Assembly: GCA_965263355.1 (NCBI GenBank)
Contig: CBDHHL010000056.1
Coordinates: forward strand, 928,001-992,000
Direction: 5' to 3'
Source: Leptolyngbyaceae cyanobacterium
GTDB taxonomy: Bacteria > Cyanobacteriota > Cyanobacteriia > Phormidesmidales > Phormidesmidaceae
DNA: 64,000 nt
Both the position numbers and the translations under genes were made by a program. The notes under the pieces were generated by a model. It was not told the DNA's origin and ran no database searches. It worked only from the letters and a program-made list of their open reading frames with translations. Every line of letters begins with the position of its first letter. Within the stretch, counting starts at the first letter, position 1. Shown one piece after another: positions 21,670 to 33,418 of this stretch.

Positions 21670-24597
21670 TTACAGCATCACAAAGTCACTAATATCGACT
21701 TGGCTGACCGTTGTTTGCTTGAGTAAAGCTAGCTGCTTATCGGTTGCAGCTATGCTAAGTAGTACATCGTCATCCTTTTGATTAACAGACAGTTGCCCAA
21801 ACGTCAGAGCACCATTAAGCACAAACTTATCTTGACCGTCTTGATAGTCGAGAATGGTATTTAGACCATTATCAATTGCTAAGATAAAACGATCATTGCC
21901 AGGCCCACCTTTTAACTCATCGTTACCAGGCCCACCGTCTAATAAGTCGTCGCCCCAGTTACCAAATAAATGATCATCACCAGTATTTCCTTCGAGACGA
22001 TCATCACCCCAATTGCCAAAAATTTCATCATCACCCAATCCGCCTATAAGGTCATCATCACCCCAATGACCAAGAATTCGATCATCACCAGCTAGACCGT
22101 CAATCGTATCATCGGCAGGGGTTCCCTCTAGGAAATCATCATCATTATCAGTGCCCAAGATTGTATCGTCAGAAAGTACCTGAAGCTCAAAAATGTCAGA
22201 TACTGTTTCTCCTTCATTATCGGTTGCAATAACTTCGATAGAGAAAGTACCCAGTTCACCAACTGTTGGCGTTCCAAACAAGGCTAAAGCAAAGATACTT
22301 GTAGTGAAAGTAAGCCAATCAGGTAACGGGTCGCCATTCTCTAGGGTAGCATTCAACGTTAGAGTATGGTTAGGATCAACACCATCATCCACATCCTGGA
22401 AATAGACATCTGTAGGAATGATAAAGGTAAATGATTGGTTAACAATGGCTGCTTGATCAGGCAGTTCGGTTTCTAATGTGGGTGCATCGTTAGTATTGTT
22501 AACTGTTAAATCGAAGGTTGTACCGACCACGCCTCCATTGCCATCACTTGAGGTTACCGTAATCGGTATGGCACCAACATCGTCATTCTCTGGGGTTCCA
22601 CTAAACGTGCGCGATTGTTCATCAAACATAAGCCAATCTGGCAGAGGTGTTGTTGTATAGGTTAATATGTCGCCATCAGCGTCGTTAAATGTGTCTGTAG
22701 CAAATTGAAATTCAAACAGAGTATCTTCATCTGCAATTTGATCTGGTATTGGGTTTACAAGAGTAGGTGGATTATTGTCTGAATCCGAAGTCTCATAAAG
22801 ACTCAATGTATATTCACCTGTATCATTACCGCCAATATCACTGACCATAAGCGAGTAAGTCCCCGTTTGGTCCAGGTCAAAGTCTTGCAACAGTGCATTG
22901 CCGATGCCTCCATTTTCCGGTTGCACTTCAATAGCAAGGCTCCCGTCTGGATTATAGAGACGGAACTGAGAAGCTTGCAGAATACTGAAATCATTGAGTT
23001 GTAGAGTGATGATATCGCCTTCAGTCCCATTGAAGGTGTAATGGTCTAAATCACTGGCAACCTCCAAACTACTTTCAATACTCTCCCCATAATTGATCGG
23101 TACTGAATTACCAGGGGTATTGACACTCTCTAGCGTAAAAACATAATCGCCTGTATCATTACCGCCAACATCACTGACCATAAGCGAGTAAGTCCCCGTT
23201 TGGTCCAGGTCAAAGTCTTGCAACAGTGCATTGCCGATGCCTCCATTTTCCGGTTGCACTTCAATAGCAAGGCTCCCGTCTGGATTATAGAGACGGAACT
23301 GAGAAGCTTGCAGAATACTGAAATCATTGAGTTGTAGAGTGATGATATCGCCTTCAGTCCCATTGAAGGTGTAATGGTCTAAATCACTGGCAACCTCCAA
23401 ACTACTTTCAATACTCTCCCCATAATTGATCGGTACTGAATTACCAGGGGTATTGACACTCTCTAGCGTAAAAACATAATCGCCTGTATCATTACCGCCA
23501 ACATCACTGACCATAAGCGAGTAAGTCCCCGTTTGGTCCAGGTCAAAGTCTTGCAACAGTGCATTGCCGATGCCTCCATTTTCCGGTTGCACTTCAATAG
23601 CAAGGCTCCCGTCTGGATTATAGAGACGGAACTGAGAAGCTTGCAGAATACTGAAATCATTGAGTTGTAGAGTGATGATATCGCCTTCAGTCCCATTGAA
23701 GGTGTAATGGTCTAAATCACTGGCAACCTCCAAACTACTTTCAATACTCTCCCCATAATTGATCGGTACTGAATTACCAGGGGTATTGACACTCTCTAGC
23801 GTAAAAACATAATCGCCTGTATCATTACCGCCAACATCACTGACCATAAGCGAGTAAGTCCCCGTTTGGTCCAAGTAAAAGTCTTGCAACAGTGCATTGC
23901 CGATGCCTCCATTTTCCGGTTGCACTTCAATAGCAAGGCTCCCGTCTGGATTATAGAGACGGAACTGAGAAGCTTGCAGAATACTGAAATCATTGAGTTG
24001 TAGAGTGATGATATCGCCTTCAGTCCCATTGAAGGTGTAATGGTCTAAATCACTGGCAACCTCCAAACTACTTTCAATACTCTCTCCATAACTGATTGGT
24101 ACTGAATTACCAGGGGTATTGACACTCTCTAGCGTAAAAACATAATCGCCTGTATCATTACCGCCAACATCACTGACCATAAGCAAGTAAGTCCCCGTTT
24201 GGTCGAGGTCAAAGTCTTGTAACAGTGCATTGCCGATACCTCCATTTTCCGGTTGCACTTCGATGGCAAGGCTCCCGTCTGGATTATAGAGATGAAACTG
24301 AGAAGCTTGCAGGATACTAAAATCGTTAAGCTGTAGAGTGATAATGTCATCTGCTGTCCCTTCAAAGATGTAATAATCTTCTTCTCCTGGAAAATCAATG
24401 GCATTATTAGACACACTTTGGCCATACTCTACAGTTTCAGAATCTTGATTAGTTGTTGAAGCAATGGTGTCTGCTTCAAACAAACCTATGTCCACATTGA
24501 CTAATTTTTGAGATGTTTTATTCAAATAGATAGCCTTATTCAAAGTATTCAGACTCTCTTCAGCAGTTAAAAACGTCCAAAACAAGCGGTCAGACAT
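21670..24597 (-). CDS. Secreted repeat protein: five PPC-like beta-domains, two cadherin/Ig-like (He_PIG) domains and a C-terminal RTX Ca-binding region
   Basis: DLDHYTFNGTEGD..GTYSLMVSD repeats; LPDWLxF...FSGTP; GGxGxD nonapeptides. Confidence 0.85.
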   Translation of the reverse strand: MSDRLFWTFLTAEESLNTLNKAIYLNKTSQKLVNVDIGLFEADTIASTTNQDSETVEYGQSVSNNAIDFPGEEDYYIFEGTADDIITLQLNDFSILQASQFHLYNPDGSLAIEVQPENGGIGNALLQDFDLDQTGTYLLMVSDVGGNDTGDYVFTLESVNTPGNSVPISYGESIESSLEVASDLDHYTFNGTEGDIITLQLNDFSILQASQFRLYNPDGSLAIEVQPENGGIGNALLQDFYLDQTGTYSLMVSDVGGNDTGDYVFTLESVNTPGNSVPINYGESIESSLEVASDLDHYTFNGTEGDIITLQLNDFSILQASQFRLYNPDGSLAIEVQPENGGIGNALLQDFDLDQTGTYSLMVSDVGGNDTGDYVFTLESVNTPGNSVPINYGESIESSLEVASDLDHYTFNGTEGDIITLQLNDFSILQASQFRLYNPDGSLAIEVQPENGGIGNALLQDFDLDQTGTYSLMVSDVGGNDTGDYVFTLESVNTPGNSVPINYGESIESSLEVASDLDHYTFNGTEGDIITLQLNDFSILQASQFRLYNPDGSLAIEVQPENGGIGNALLQDFDLDQTGTYSLMVSDIGGNDTGEYTLSLYETSDSDNNPPTLVNPIPDQIADEDTLFEFQFATDTFNDADGDILTYTTTPLPDWLMFDEQSRTFSGTPENDDVGAIPITVTSSDGNGGVVGTTFDLTVNNTNDAPTLETELPDQAAIVNQSFTFIIPTDVYFQDVDDGVDPNHTLTLNATLENGDPLPDWLTFTTSIFALALFGTPTVGELGTFSIEVIATDNEGETVSDIFELQVLSDDTILGTDNDDDFLEGTPADDTIDGLAGDDRILGHWGDDDLIGGLGDDEIFGNWGDDRLEGNTGDDHLFGNWGDDLLDGGPGNDELKGGPGNDRFILAIDNGLNTILDYQDGQDKFVLNGALTFGQLSVNQKDDDVLLSIAATDKQLALLKQTTVSQVDISDFVML
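22795..24435 (-). repeat. Intragenic tandem repeat, 333-bp (111-aa) unit x5
   Basis: Shadow ORFs recur at 23030, 23363, 23696 and 24029; four units are nearly identical in DNA. Boundaries approximate. Confidence 0.92.
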
Positions 24598-25088
24598 ATT
24601 ATTTCTCCAAATGGTAGATACTGAGATCGAAGATAAAACTTACCGTCCCCAAAACAACACTCTGTTGGCGCATGGCAGTAGTTCGATGCCTAGGCACCGA
24701 ACTAACATAATTCAACCACTACCCCAAAGACTAATTTGCTAAGATCTCTGGCTAATCAAATACAAAATATGTCTGACTATCTTAAGGATATGCAAAAATC
24801 ATATGCTCTGCCTTAAAAGGCTTGATTTTTCGTTTCCCTTGTATCAGCTTTTTACAAAGCTATGTAAATTAGCCTATTTCTATCATTTCTTTTTGCAAAT
24901 ACACATATTTTCAGCCAATAGTCAAGAATTTGAGCCAAAGAGACAACAGTGTATATTTAAATTCAACCGATTAAGGACTCTGCAGTATGCCGAGAATACC
25001 TCAAATCCATTCAGCAGCAGAGTCCCCTGGAACAATTAATTCACTTTTTCAGAACCAACCTATGGGTTATTAACCGATGTCTTTCATT

Positions 25089-25490
25089 TTAAAGGCCCAT
25101 TGCTTGTCTCACATCTGCCATAAATTGTGACTCAGACTGCACGATACCATCAGACTCTAACAGCTCTTGGAGAGAATCAATGGCAGTTTGCTTAAAGTTG
25201 CCATCCCCTAGACGCTGGGAAATATCTTGCAGAAATGTTGCACGTTCTGGAGCATCATTGGTGGCCGAACGCACCTTGGGAATGACTCGCTGCAGATAGC
25301 TACTAAACGAAATGCCAGATTCCCACGATAGCTTGTCAAACTCAGCATTCAAAAAGTCCTGTTCATTGATGGACAGCTTCGAATCTGAATACATTCCCAG
25401 CAGGCACAAGTCGACCATGGCCTCCCGTTGAGGCTGGCTGATGCCCTCAGGTTGCTGACTAAACAATTTTTGAAATAAGGCTTGCATCAA
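25089..25490 (-). CDS. Hypothetical protein (TerB-like helical fold possible)
   Basis: 133-aa ORF; SDSKLSINE and SDGIVQSE resemble TerB-like Dx motifs. Confidence 0.6.
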   Translation of the reverse strand: MMQALFQKLFSQQPEGISQPQREAMVDLCLLGMYSDSKLSINEQDFLNAEFDKLSWESGISFSSYLQRVIPKVRSATNDAPERATFLQDISQRLGDGNFKQTAIDSLQELLESDGIVQSESQFMADVRQAMGL

Positions 25491-25579
25491 ATCCTCCCGA
25501 ATTATCTGAAGATGCTGAAAATATGCCCAAGGTTAGTAATACAAGCCCAGATATCAAATTTCGTGTTCTTGTAAACACA

Positions 25580-26926
25580 TTAAACACTCACAAGGACATT
25601 AACCCGTTCCCCAGTCAGGCTAAAGGCCCGCACCTCCGTAATTTTTACATCGATAATTTTGCCCTTGAGTTCGTTGATATCGCCTTTACAGAACGTTAGA
25701 CGATTGGTCCGTGTACGGCCCATCACCTGATCAGGATTTTTCGGATTCACCGCTTCAACCAGCACCCGTTCCAGACGATTGGCATAGCGCTGGGAGCGTT
25801 CAGCCGCTTTAATCGATACTAGATGATTTAACCGCTGTAGACGGTCGCTTTTGGTGGCTTCATCCAGCTGGTTATCCCACAGGGCTGCGGGTGTATTTGG
25901 CCGGGGGGAATAGGCTGCCGTATTCAGCTGGTCAAAGCCAATGTCATCCACTAGCTTTAGGGTGTTTTGAAACTGCGCTTCGGTTTCACCGGGAAAACCT
26001 ACAATAGCATCGGCGCTAATGGCGGCATCGGGCACATAGCGACGAACGGTATCAATAATGCGACGATATTTCTCGTGGGTATACCCCCTGGCCATGGCCT
26101 TGAGTAAATCATTGTCACCGGACTGAAAGGGAATATGGAAATGCTCACAGACCTTAGGCAACTCGGCACAGGCCTTAATCAGACGCTCGGTAAAGTAGCG
26201 AGGATGGCTGGTGGCAAAGCGAATGCGCTCAATACCGGGCACATCATGGACGTAGTAGAGCAGGTCTGTCAGGGTATTTTGACGGCGGCCTTCAGGGGTA
26301 ATGCCGGGTAAATCACGGCCATAGGCATCGATATTTTGCCCCAGCAGCGTCACTTCGGTATAGCCCTGTTGCCCCAAGTCCTGCATCTCAGCCCGGATTG
26401 CTTCGGGGGTACGGGACTGTTCAATACCGCGTACGCCAGGCACGACGCAGTAGGTACATCGCTCATTACAGCCATAGATGACGTTGACCCAGGCACTGAT
26501 TTTGCTATCGCGTCGGGGTTTTGTAATGTCTTCCATAATGTGGACAGGCTCGGTGGCGACCACCTGATTACCGTCAAACACCTGCTCCAGCAAATCTCCT
26601 AGACGATTGGCATGCTGTGGTCCCATGACCAGATCCAGCTCAGGCACTCGGCGGAGTAAGGCCTCACCTTCTTGCTGCGCTACGCATCCTGCCACGATCA
26701 GGGTGACATTGGGATCTGACTGCTTACGCTTTGCCTGCTTACCGAGGTAGGAATAGACCTTTTGCTCGGCATTGTCTCGAATGGAGCAGGTGTTGTAGAG
26801 CACTACGTCTGCCTCTAAGGGATTTTCAGTCCAGTTCATCCCCATGTCATCTAAGATGCCAGCCATCCGCTCAGAGTCGGCTTTGTTCATCTGACAACCA
26901 AATGTAGTGATGTGATAACGGCGCAT
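25580..26926 (-). CDS. miaB: tRNA-2-methylthio-N6-dimethylallyladenosine synthase
   Basis: [18 protein letters not shown], radical [12 protein letters not shown]-terminal TRAM domain. Confidence 0.96.
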   Translation of the reverse strand: MRRYHITTFGCQMNKADSERMAGILDDMGMNWTENPLEADVVLYNTCSIRDNAEQKVYSYLGKQAKRKQSDPNVTLIVAGCVAQQEGEALLRRVPELDLVMGPQHANRLGDLLEQVFDGNQVVATEPVHIMEDITKPRRDSKISAWVNVIYGCNERCTYCVVPGVRGIEQSRTPEAIRAEMQDLGQQGYTEVTLLGQNIDAYGRDLPGITPEGRRQNTLTDLLYYVHDVPGIERIRFATSHPRYFTERLIKACAELPKVCEHFHIPFQSGDNDLLKAMARGYTHEKYRRIIDTVRRYVPDAAISADAIVGFPGETEAQFQNTLKLVDDIGFDQLNTAAYSPRPNTPAALWDNQLDEATKSDRLQRLNHLVSIKAAERSQRYANRLERVLVEAVNPKNPDQVMGRTRTNRLTFCKGDINELKGKIIDVKITEVRAFSLTGERVNVLVSV

Positions 26927-27671
26927 GGGGGTTTAGGGAAATATAGATCTTAGAAAAGCGAAGGCAATTCCCTATTGTGCCACAGCGATGGCTCCCTTGC
27001 GACTGTTATCTCCCACCCCATACAGGCCACCGCTTTCATCCAGGCTGACGGTATGCGCCCCAAAACATGTTCTAAACAGCCGTTAATCATATACAAGCTC
27101 ATTAAAAGAATTAATTTAACCAAAGTTCTTGAAGATTACACAATCGATACAATACCTGTTGTCTCTGAAGGATTCTATTATTGCAAAGTGGTCATCTTTT
27201 TTGTAAGAAGATCTCCTAAACCAATTACTAAGACTCATTCAGAAGTTATTTGTTTAAGCCTCTATTAGAGAAGCATATGCTCTCAGAGATTGTTAACTTT
27301 AGTCTATAAGTCCCCTATCAAAAGCACAATGCTCTATATTGTTATTGAAGCGAAATGAATCGCTTCCCTGGCAGATTAAACAGCTGGAGAATACAAGAAA
27401 AGAGGTAAGGCTGTTGCATATTCTGTCTCGTTTAGGCCAACACCCAACGGGTCACGCTGATACATCCTATCGCTGATGAGTAGGGAGCTATGCTAAGGTT
27501 GTTGAGTAATACGCTCAAAGGGCAATTACGAGGTAACAAAATGCATCTCCAGGTACTAACGAACTAACGGAAAGGATGTTCCTCGGTGAGACAGTTGGGT
27601 GTTGTGCTTTAATTTCACGAGTACTTCTGCCTACTTAGGCTGCTCACTAAAGTCGTTATTCTAGAGATTTT

Positions 27672-28097
27672 TTACAGCTTGGCTAACCATTTTTCAGCTC
27701 GGGCATAGTTATCTTTCTGAACCTGTTTGATAGTTTGCTTGAAATTGAGCGTAACGCCCCATACATCAGTAGAAAAGCGTTTTTCTTGCTTCATTCGCTC
27801 AAAGAAATTGACCGCCTCAATATGTGACAACCCGCCTTCTGACTTAGCAATGTGCATAAAGACATCAAACACATTGTCAGCCATGCGAGCATCCCCACAA
27901 ACATAATAATGACACTGAGGATGACTCAGCTGTTGCCAAAGGTTTGCTGCCTGCTGTTGCATTAACGTCTGCACATAAACCTTTTCCTCTGTCAAACGCG
28001 AGAATGCTACCTGTAAATCAGTCAATACTCCCTGCTCCAGCCAAGTCTTGAGCTGATCCTCGTAAAGAAAATCACCATGATTGCGGCAGCCAAAATA
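27672..28097 (-). pseudogene. C-terminal fragment of a diflavin (CPR/NOS-type) NADPH reductase domain
   Basis: Frame reads [16 protein letters not shown]...AFSR...KVYVQ...[10 protein letters not shown]...DVW; in-frame TAG at 28098-28100 immediately upstream and no N-terminal domains. Confidence 0.75.
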
Positions 28098-28101
28098 CTA
28101 G

Positions 28102-28196
28102 ATTGTTCTTGGAAAGGATGCAAAGAACTTTCACCATAGGTCCCTATAATAAATTGTTCTTGGGAAGGATGCAAAGAACTTTTAGCATAGATCCCT
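28102..28196. repeat. Tandem direct repeat, 51-bp period x2
   Basis: ATTGTTCTTGG(A/G)AAGGATGCAAAGAACTTT..CATAG.TCCCT at 28102 and 28153. Confidence 0.8.
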
Positions 28197-29115
28197 GTTT
28201 TCCAAATATCTTTCTCCCCTGGAGGGGAGTATAAAATATCATCTGTGACTTTATATTGACTCTTCTGCGGAACAGTACTACATCACCAGTCCTGTACTCA
28301 CCATTGTAGAAGCCAAAAACGAAGTTTATTGATATTGAGGACTATTACATCAATCAGGTAGATAAAATCCTCGGGATCTTGACCTCCAGTTTTCACTAGT
28401 AGGGCGATAACGGTGTACACACAATGTTTCACTAAATAAACAAGAGTTGAAGCATAAGGCCTCAACCCTTTTTGTCTATCGACATAAAACACATGGATCT
28501 GGTTTATTTAGACTTGGTGCCCCATGCGTAGAAAAACTTTAAATTGGAGAAGAGCCCTATAAGCAATGCCTAAGCCTTCGGATAAAAAATAGGAATTACA
28601 CCAGGAGGAAAGCCAGGAAAATGGAATCCGCCTTTGGTAGATTCTTGTTGCTCAACAGTTAACGGCTTCCAGAGGGATTGGGATTTTTTCTGTGACTGAG
28701 ATGTTTTTTGAGTCTTAGACATGGCTCAATAAAGTGAGTTTAATGAATACGAGATATTACATATTTATTAAACTTATCTCTCTCTGTTAAATCACCTAGG
28801 AAAACTCTGGAGTGATGGATAAAGTTTACGTATGTAATCGGCCTAATTTAGGCAAATACTGTGAAGTAACTTGAAATTAATTGAGAATGTTAGAAAAGAG
28901 GTTTTTGAATCAGCCATTTGGCGGAAGTCAAACCAAGACAGCCTCAAGACAAGTTCCTGTACCTAGGCTGAAATGTGCTTAGCAAGAAATTGTCGAATTA
29001 AGTCTGCGCTCATTCGCAATCCTGGCTGTCACCATATTCGCCTAAACATAGGCATCTTCTCTGCAAGATTTGAGCAAGCCTATGGGGCTTTAAAAAAATT
29101 AATCATAGACCCTGA

Positions 29116-29154
29116 CTCCGGCTTCGTTTAGCCTGCCACTGCGCGAAGCCGGAG
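29116..29154 (+). other. Strong stem-loop ahead of the ABC operon
   Basis: CTCCGGCTTCG...CGAAGCCGGAG perfect 11-bp inverted repeat, no T tract. Confidence 0.6.
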
Positions 29155-29217
29155 CCTTAATCAATCCTTTACGCGTTTGCGGTATATCTCTGACGATTAA
29201 TTTTAGTTCGATAGCCT

Positions 29218-30243
29218 ATGGCATCTTCCTCCAATAGTGAAGCGTTCTGGCGGTTCTTACTAGAGCGTTTGCTGATCTCACTGCTGACACTCTTGGCTGT
29301 GTCATTTATGATCTACGCTTTAATTGAGCTGATGCCAGGGGATTATGCCGAGCGTGAGCTGTTTCGTAAGTTTTCGGGCACAGGCGTCAGTATCACCCAA
29401 GCTGATATTGAGCAAGCCAGGGCCAATCTTGGTCTAGACCGGCCCTTTTTAGTCCGCTACGTTGAATGGCTGTGGAACGTGGTGACTCGTTTTGACTTTG
29501 GTCCTGCCTTCCGGGTGCGCTCGTCCGTTAATACTATTATTCAGGCTAAGTTTTGGTATACCTTTGTGCTGGTGATTGGGGCCATGGTATTTTCCTACCT
29601 GATTGCCATACCGGTGGGTATCTGGGTGGCCACTCGGAAATCGGGCCTGGGGGATGGATTAGTAACGCTGCTGTCCTATTTGGGATTAGCGATTCCGAAC
29701 TTTGCGATCGCACTCATCCTCCTCATGCTCAACGCCTTTGTATTCAAGTTGGATGTCACCGGTCTCGTCTCCCAGGCCTACAAAAATGAACCCTGGTCCA
29801 TGGCTAAGTTTCTGGACTTTTTAGGCCATGCCTACATTCCATTGTTGGTGCTGGGCTGGTCTACTACTGCCTTTCAGCTTCAAACGATGCGCGGTCTAAT
29901 GAAAGATGAGCTGGGCAAACTCTACGTCACTGCCGCCAAAGCCAGGGGCATGTCTGGTTGGCCCATGTTGTTAAAGTATCCCGCCCGCCACGCCGTCATC
30001 CCCATTGTCTCCACCATTGGTTTTGACTTCTCTCGTTCCTTTAACGAACTGCCCATCGTCGCTTCGATTTTAGTCTTGGGAGAACTGGGCCAAGAACTCC
30101 TGCTTGCCTTTCTCGACGCAGACCAAAATACAGCAGCCGGTATTCTCGTATGTATCACTGGAGTGATTGTCATCGCCAATTTACTCTCGGACATTTTGAT
30201 GGCTGTGCTTGACCCCAGGGTCCGTGCCGGGAGAGCCCTATGA
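29218..30243 (+). CDS. Opp/Dpp-family ABC permease (OppB-like)
   Basis: LGLDRP..VRY, EAA-loop YVTAAKARGM, DPRVR ending. Confidence 0.9.
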   Translation: MASSSNSEAFWRFLLERLLISLLTLLAVSFMIYALIELMPGDYAERELFRKFSGTGVSITQADIEQARANLGLDRPFLVRYVEWLWNVVTRFDFGPAFRVRSSVNTIIQAKFWYTFVLVIGAMVFSYLIAIPVGIWVATRKSGLGDGLVTLLSYLGLAIPNFAIALILLMLNAFVFKLDVTGLVSQAYKNEPWSMAKFLDFLGHAYIPLLVLGWSTTAFQLQTMRGLMKDELGKLYVTAAKARGMSGWPMLLKYPARHAVIPIVSTIGFDFSRSFNELPIVASILVLGELGQELLLAFLDADQNTAAGILVCITGVIVIANLLSDILMAVLDPRVRAGRAL

Positions 30244-31367
30244 AACCACTCCATAAAAATCGCGAGCGTTACTATACCGCCTCCCAATGGCAGCTGTTCT
30301 GGTCTCGATTTAAGGCCAATCGTCTGGCCGCCATCGGTGGCGCAGTCCTGGGTGTTTTTATCGTTATTTCCCTATTTGCCGAATTCATCGCTCCCTACTC
30401 TGGTCTAGCCAATGATCGGAATGCAGAATATCCAGCTGGACCACCGCAGATGATTCACATCTGTGATGACGCAGGTTGCCGTTGGCCCTTTGTCTACGAA
30501 CTCGCCAGTGGCTACAGCGTGATTGATAAAAGCTACACCTTCGAGATCATTGAAGAGAACGGTGAGCCGATTCGAAAACCACTCCAGCTATTTGCTAAAG
30601 GCGGTCAGTATCGTCTGTTGGGCATACTCCCCAGTGACCGCCATTTATTTGGTGTGGAACGTGGATTTGTTCACCTATTTGGCACGGATAGCAACGGACT
30701 CGACCTCTTTAGTCGGGTAATGTTTGCCACCCGTACTTCGCTGAGTATTGGCTTTCTAGGCATTCTTATTTCCTTTGTACTGAGTCTATTGATCGGGGGC
30801 ATCTCAGGGTATGTCGGGGGTCGCATAGATACCGCCATTCAGGCCTTTACCGATGTCGTCCGCGTCGTGCCTCCCATTCCCCTATACATGGCCCTCACCG
30901 CCATGTTTCCCCGCGACTGGAGCAATCAACAGGTCTACTTTGCCATGACCCTGGTCCTGGGTTTGGTCAACTGGCCCACCCTGGCCCGTCGCATCCGGTC
31001 TTACCTACTCTCGGCCCGAGAAGAAGAATATGTATTAGCTGCTAGACTGTCTGGCGCGAATGGCTGGCGCATCGTCACCCGTCACCTACTCCCCGGATTT
31101 GCCAGCTATATCATTGTGGAACTGGTGATTAATTTCCCCTATCGTATTCTGGACGAGACCGCCCTTTCAATTGTCGGTCTAGGATTACGTCGTCCCACCA
31201 TGTCCTGGGGCGTATTACTCCAGGAAATGACCACGGTTCAAGCCATTCAGCTCACTCCCTGGTTTTTTATCCCGCTGATTTTCTTTATCATCGCTGTGTT
31301 GTCCTTTACCCTCCTGGGCGATGGTCTACGGGATGCGGCTGACCCCTATGCAGGCATCAGGAGATAA
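30240..31367 (+). CDS. Opp/Dpp-family ABC permease (OppC-like)
   Basis: HLFGTDSNGLDLFSR, EYVLAARLSGA, LGDGLRDAADP. Confidence 0.9.
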   Translation: MKPLHKNRERYYTASQWQLFWSRFKANRLAAIGGAVLGVFIVISLFAEFIAPYSGLANDRNAEYPAGPPQMIHICDDAGCRWPFVYELASGYSVIDKSYTFEIIEENGEPIRKPLQLFAKGGQYRLLGILPSDRHLFGVERGFVHLFGTDSNGLDLFSRVMFATRTSLSIGFLGILISFVLSLLIGGISGYVGGRIDTAIQAFTDVVRVVPPIPLYMALTAMFPRDWSNQQVYFAMTLVLGLVNWPTLARRIRSYLLSAREEEYVLAARLSGANGWRIVTRHLLPGFASYIIVELVINFPYRILDETALSIVGLGLRRPTMSWGVLLQEMTTVQAIQLTPWFFIPLIFFIIAVLSFTLLGDGLRDAADPYAGIRR

Positions 31368-31369
31368 AA

Positions 31370-32404
31370 ATGACCCAAGAAGCCCCCCTTCTCCAAGTCT
31401 CTAACCTTTCGGTCACCTTCTCCACCGATGAAGGTACTGTCATCGCTGTAGATGACCTTTCCTTTACCATCAGTCCAGGTCAAACCCTGGGCATTGTTGG
31501 TGAATCTGGTTCTGGTAAATCTGTTTCCACCAAGTCTCTGATGCGACTGTTGCCAGGTAACGCGACCCTGGGGCAGAACAGCCGCATTTTGTATCGTCTC
31601 AAAAACGGTGGCGTCAGTGATTTGGCTCAGCTTGCCCCCAAGCATCGACTACTCAGCCAAATCCGGGGTGGAGAAATCGCCATGATTTTCCAGGAACCCA
31701 GTGCGGCGTTCTCTCCCCTTTACACCATTGGTCACCAAATGGTTGAAGGTATTCGTCTCCATCGTCAGGTGAGTCGCAAAAAGGCACGGGAAACAGCCCT
31801 GGCGATGCTAGAACGGGTAGGCATGACCAATCCAGAACTGCGGTTAGACCAATATGCCTTTCAGCTGTCGGGCGGTATGCGGCAGCGCGCAATGATTGCC
31901 TCTGCCCTAGTGATGCAGCCTGCCCTACTAATTGCCGATGAACCAACCACTGCCCTGGATGTTACTATTCAGGCCCAAATTCTTGACCTCTTAAAAGAGT
32001 TACAGCAAGAGTTTGGCATGGCAATTATCTTTATCTCCCATGATCTGGCGGTAATTTCTCAAATTGCCGACGATGTCCTTGTAATGTATCTGGGCAAGGC
32101 CATGGAAACGGGACCCGTGAGAACGATTATTCGAGACCCGAAACATCCCTATACCCAAGGGTTAATCCAGGCGATTCCTCGTCTGGAGCTATTGGATGCA
32201 CCGTTGCTTCCCATTCCTGGGGATATCCCCAGTCCGCTAGAACGCCCTGAGGGCTGCGTCTTTTCCACCCGCTGTCAATTTGTAAACAGCCGCTGCCACA
32301 CTGAGGTACCTCAAATGACCGTAACCGATGGGGTGCATCAAACGGCCTGCCATTTGTTAACAGGCCAAGGAACTAAAGAGAAAGTACTGGAGGAAACAGC
32401 ATGA
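31370..32404 (+). CDS. Opp/Dpp ABC ATPase (OppD-like)
   Basis: [21 protein letters not shown]-terminal Cys cluster. Confidence 0.92.
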   Translation: MTQEAPLLQVSNLSVTFSTDEGTVIAVDDLSFTISPGQTLGIVGESGSGKSVSTKSLMRLLPGNATLGQNSRILYRLKNGGVSDLAQLAPKHRLLSQIRGGEIAMIFQEPSAAFSPLYTIGHQMVEGIRLHRQVSRKKARETALAMLERVGMTNPELRLDQYAFQLSGGMRQRAMIASALVMQPALLIADEPTTALDVTIQAQILDLLKELQQEFGMAIIFISHDLAVISQIADDVLVMYLGKAMETGPVRTIIRDPKHPYTQGLIQAIPRLELLDAPLLPIPGDIPSPLERPEGCVFSTRCQFVNSRCHTEVPQMTVTDGVHQTACHLLTGQGTKEKVLEETA

Positions 32405-33408
32405 CCACACCGATTGTTTCCGTCCGTCATCTCAAGGTTCACTATCCCATTGGCAAAGGGGGACTGTTTGGTGGCAAAAAACAGATAGTGCGGGCTGTGG
32501 ATGGAGTGAGTTTTGATATTCTGCCAGGTCAAACCTTTGGCTTGGTGGGAGAATCAGGCTCCGGTAAATCCACCATTGGACGAGCGATTCTAAAGGCGGC
32601 ACCGATCACGGCAGGTGAGGTTCTATTTAATATTGACCATCAGTCTCTGGATATTGCCAAACTCAAAGGAGAACAGTTAAAACAACTGCGTCGCAATGCC
32701 CAGATGATTTTTCAGGATCCCTATGCAGCCCTATCTCCCCGCATGACGGTGCGGGATATTATCGCTGAGCCCCTAGAGGCAATGCAGCTGACCAAAACCC
32801 GCCAGGCCACTGATCAGCAGGTACGTCAGGTGGCAAAGCGCTGCAGTCTGAACCTGGAACATCTGCGGCGGTTTCCCCATGCATTTTCTGGGGGGCAGCG
32901 ACAGCGGATTGCCATTGCCCGAGCGCTGGTGTCTGACCCTAAATTTTTGGTGGCTGATGAAGCGGTGGCAGCGTTGGATGTGTCAATCCAGGCGAACATT
33001 CTCAACCTGATGAAGGCGTTGCAGGATGATATGCAGCTGACCTTTTTGTTTATTAGCCACGATCTCTCGGTAGTGGCCCATGTATGTGATGTGGTGGCGG
33101 TATTGTATCTGGGTGAGATTGTTGAAATTGCACCGACGCGTCAATTGTTTGCAACACCAGCCCATCCTTACACCCAGGCGCTGCTGTCGGCGATTCCGCC
33201 GTTAGACCCGGATGCTGAGCGCGATCGCACCCGTCTTACTGGCGAAATCCCATCCCCCATCAATCCCCCCACAGGCTGCCGATTTCACACCCGCTGCCCC
33301 GTTGCAGAACCCCGTTGCAAAACGAGCCAACCCGAATGGAGTCAGCTATCGGATAGTCATGGTGCTGCCTGTCACTTGGTGGCTGATAAACTACCTGCAG
33401 CTGCATGA
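32401..33408 (+). CDS. Opp/Dpp ABC ATPase (OppF-like)
   Basis: [24 protein letters not shown]. Confidence 0.92.
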   Translation: MTTPIVSVRHLKVHYPIGKGGLFGGKKQIVRAVDGVSFDILPGQTFGLVGESGSGKSTIGRAILKAAPITAGEVLFNIDHQSLDIAKLKGEQLKQLRRNAQMIFQDPYAALSPRMTVRDIIAEPLEAMQLTKTRQATDQQVRQVAKRCSLNLEHLRRFPHAFSGGQRQRIAIARALVSDPKFLVADEAVAALDVSIQANILNLMKALQDDMQLTFLFISHDLSVVAHVCDVVAVLYLGEIVEIAPTRQLFATPAHPYTQALLSAIPPLDPDAERDRTRLTGEIPSPINPPTGCRFHTRCPVAEPRCKTSQPEWSQLSDSHGAACHLVADKLPAAA

Positions 33409-33418
33409 GGAGATACCA

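Noticed and set aside
22803..24425. Repeated 75-98 aa ORFs, or a CRISPR-like array
   Set aside because: Alternative-frame shadows of the 333-bp coding repeat; no spacers
28102..28196. CRISPR array
   Set aside because: Adjacent tandem duplication with no unique spacer or repeat hairpin
33212..33418. N-terminal extension of the O-methyltransferase
   Set aside because: Overlaps the upstream ATPase; the RBS supports ATG 33419
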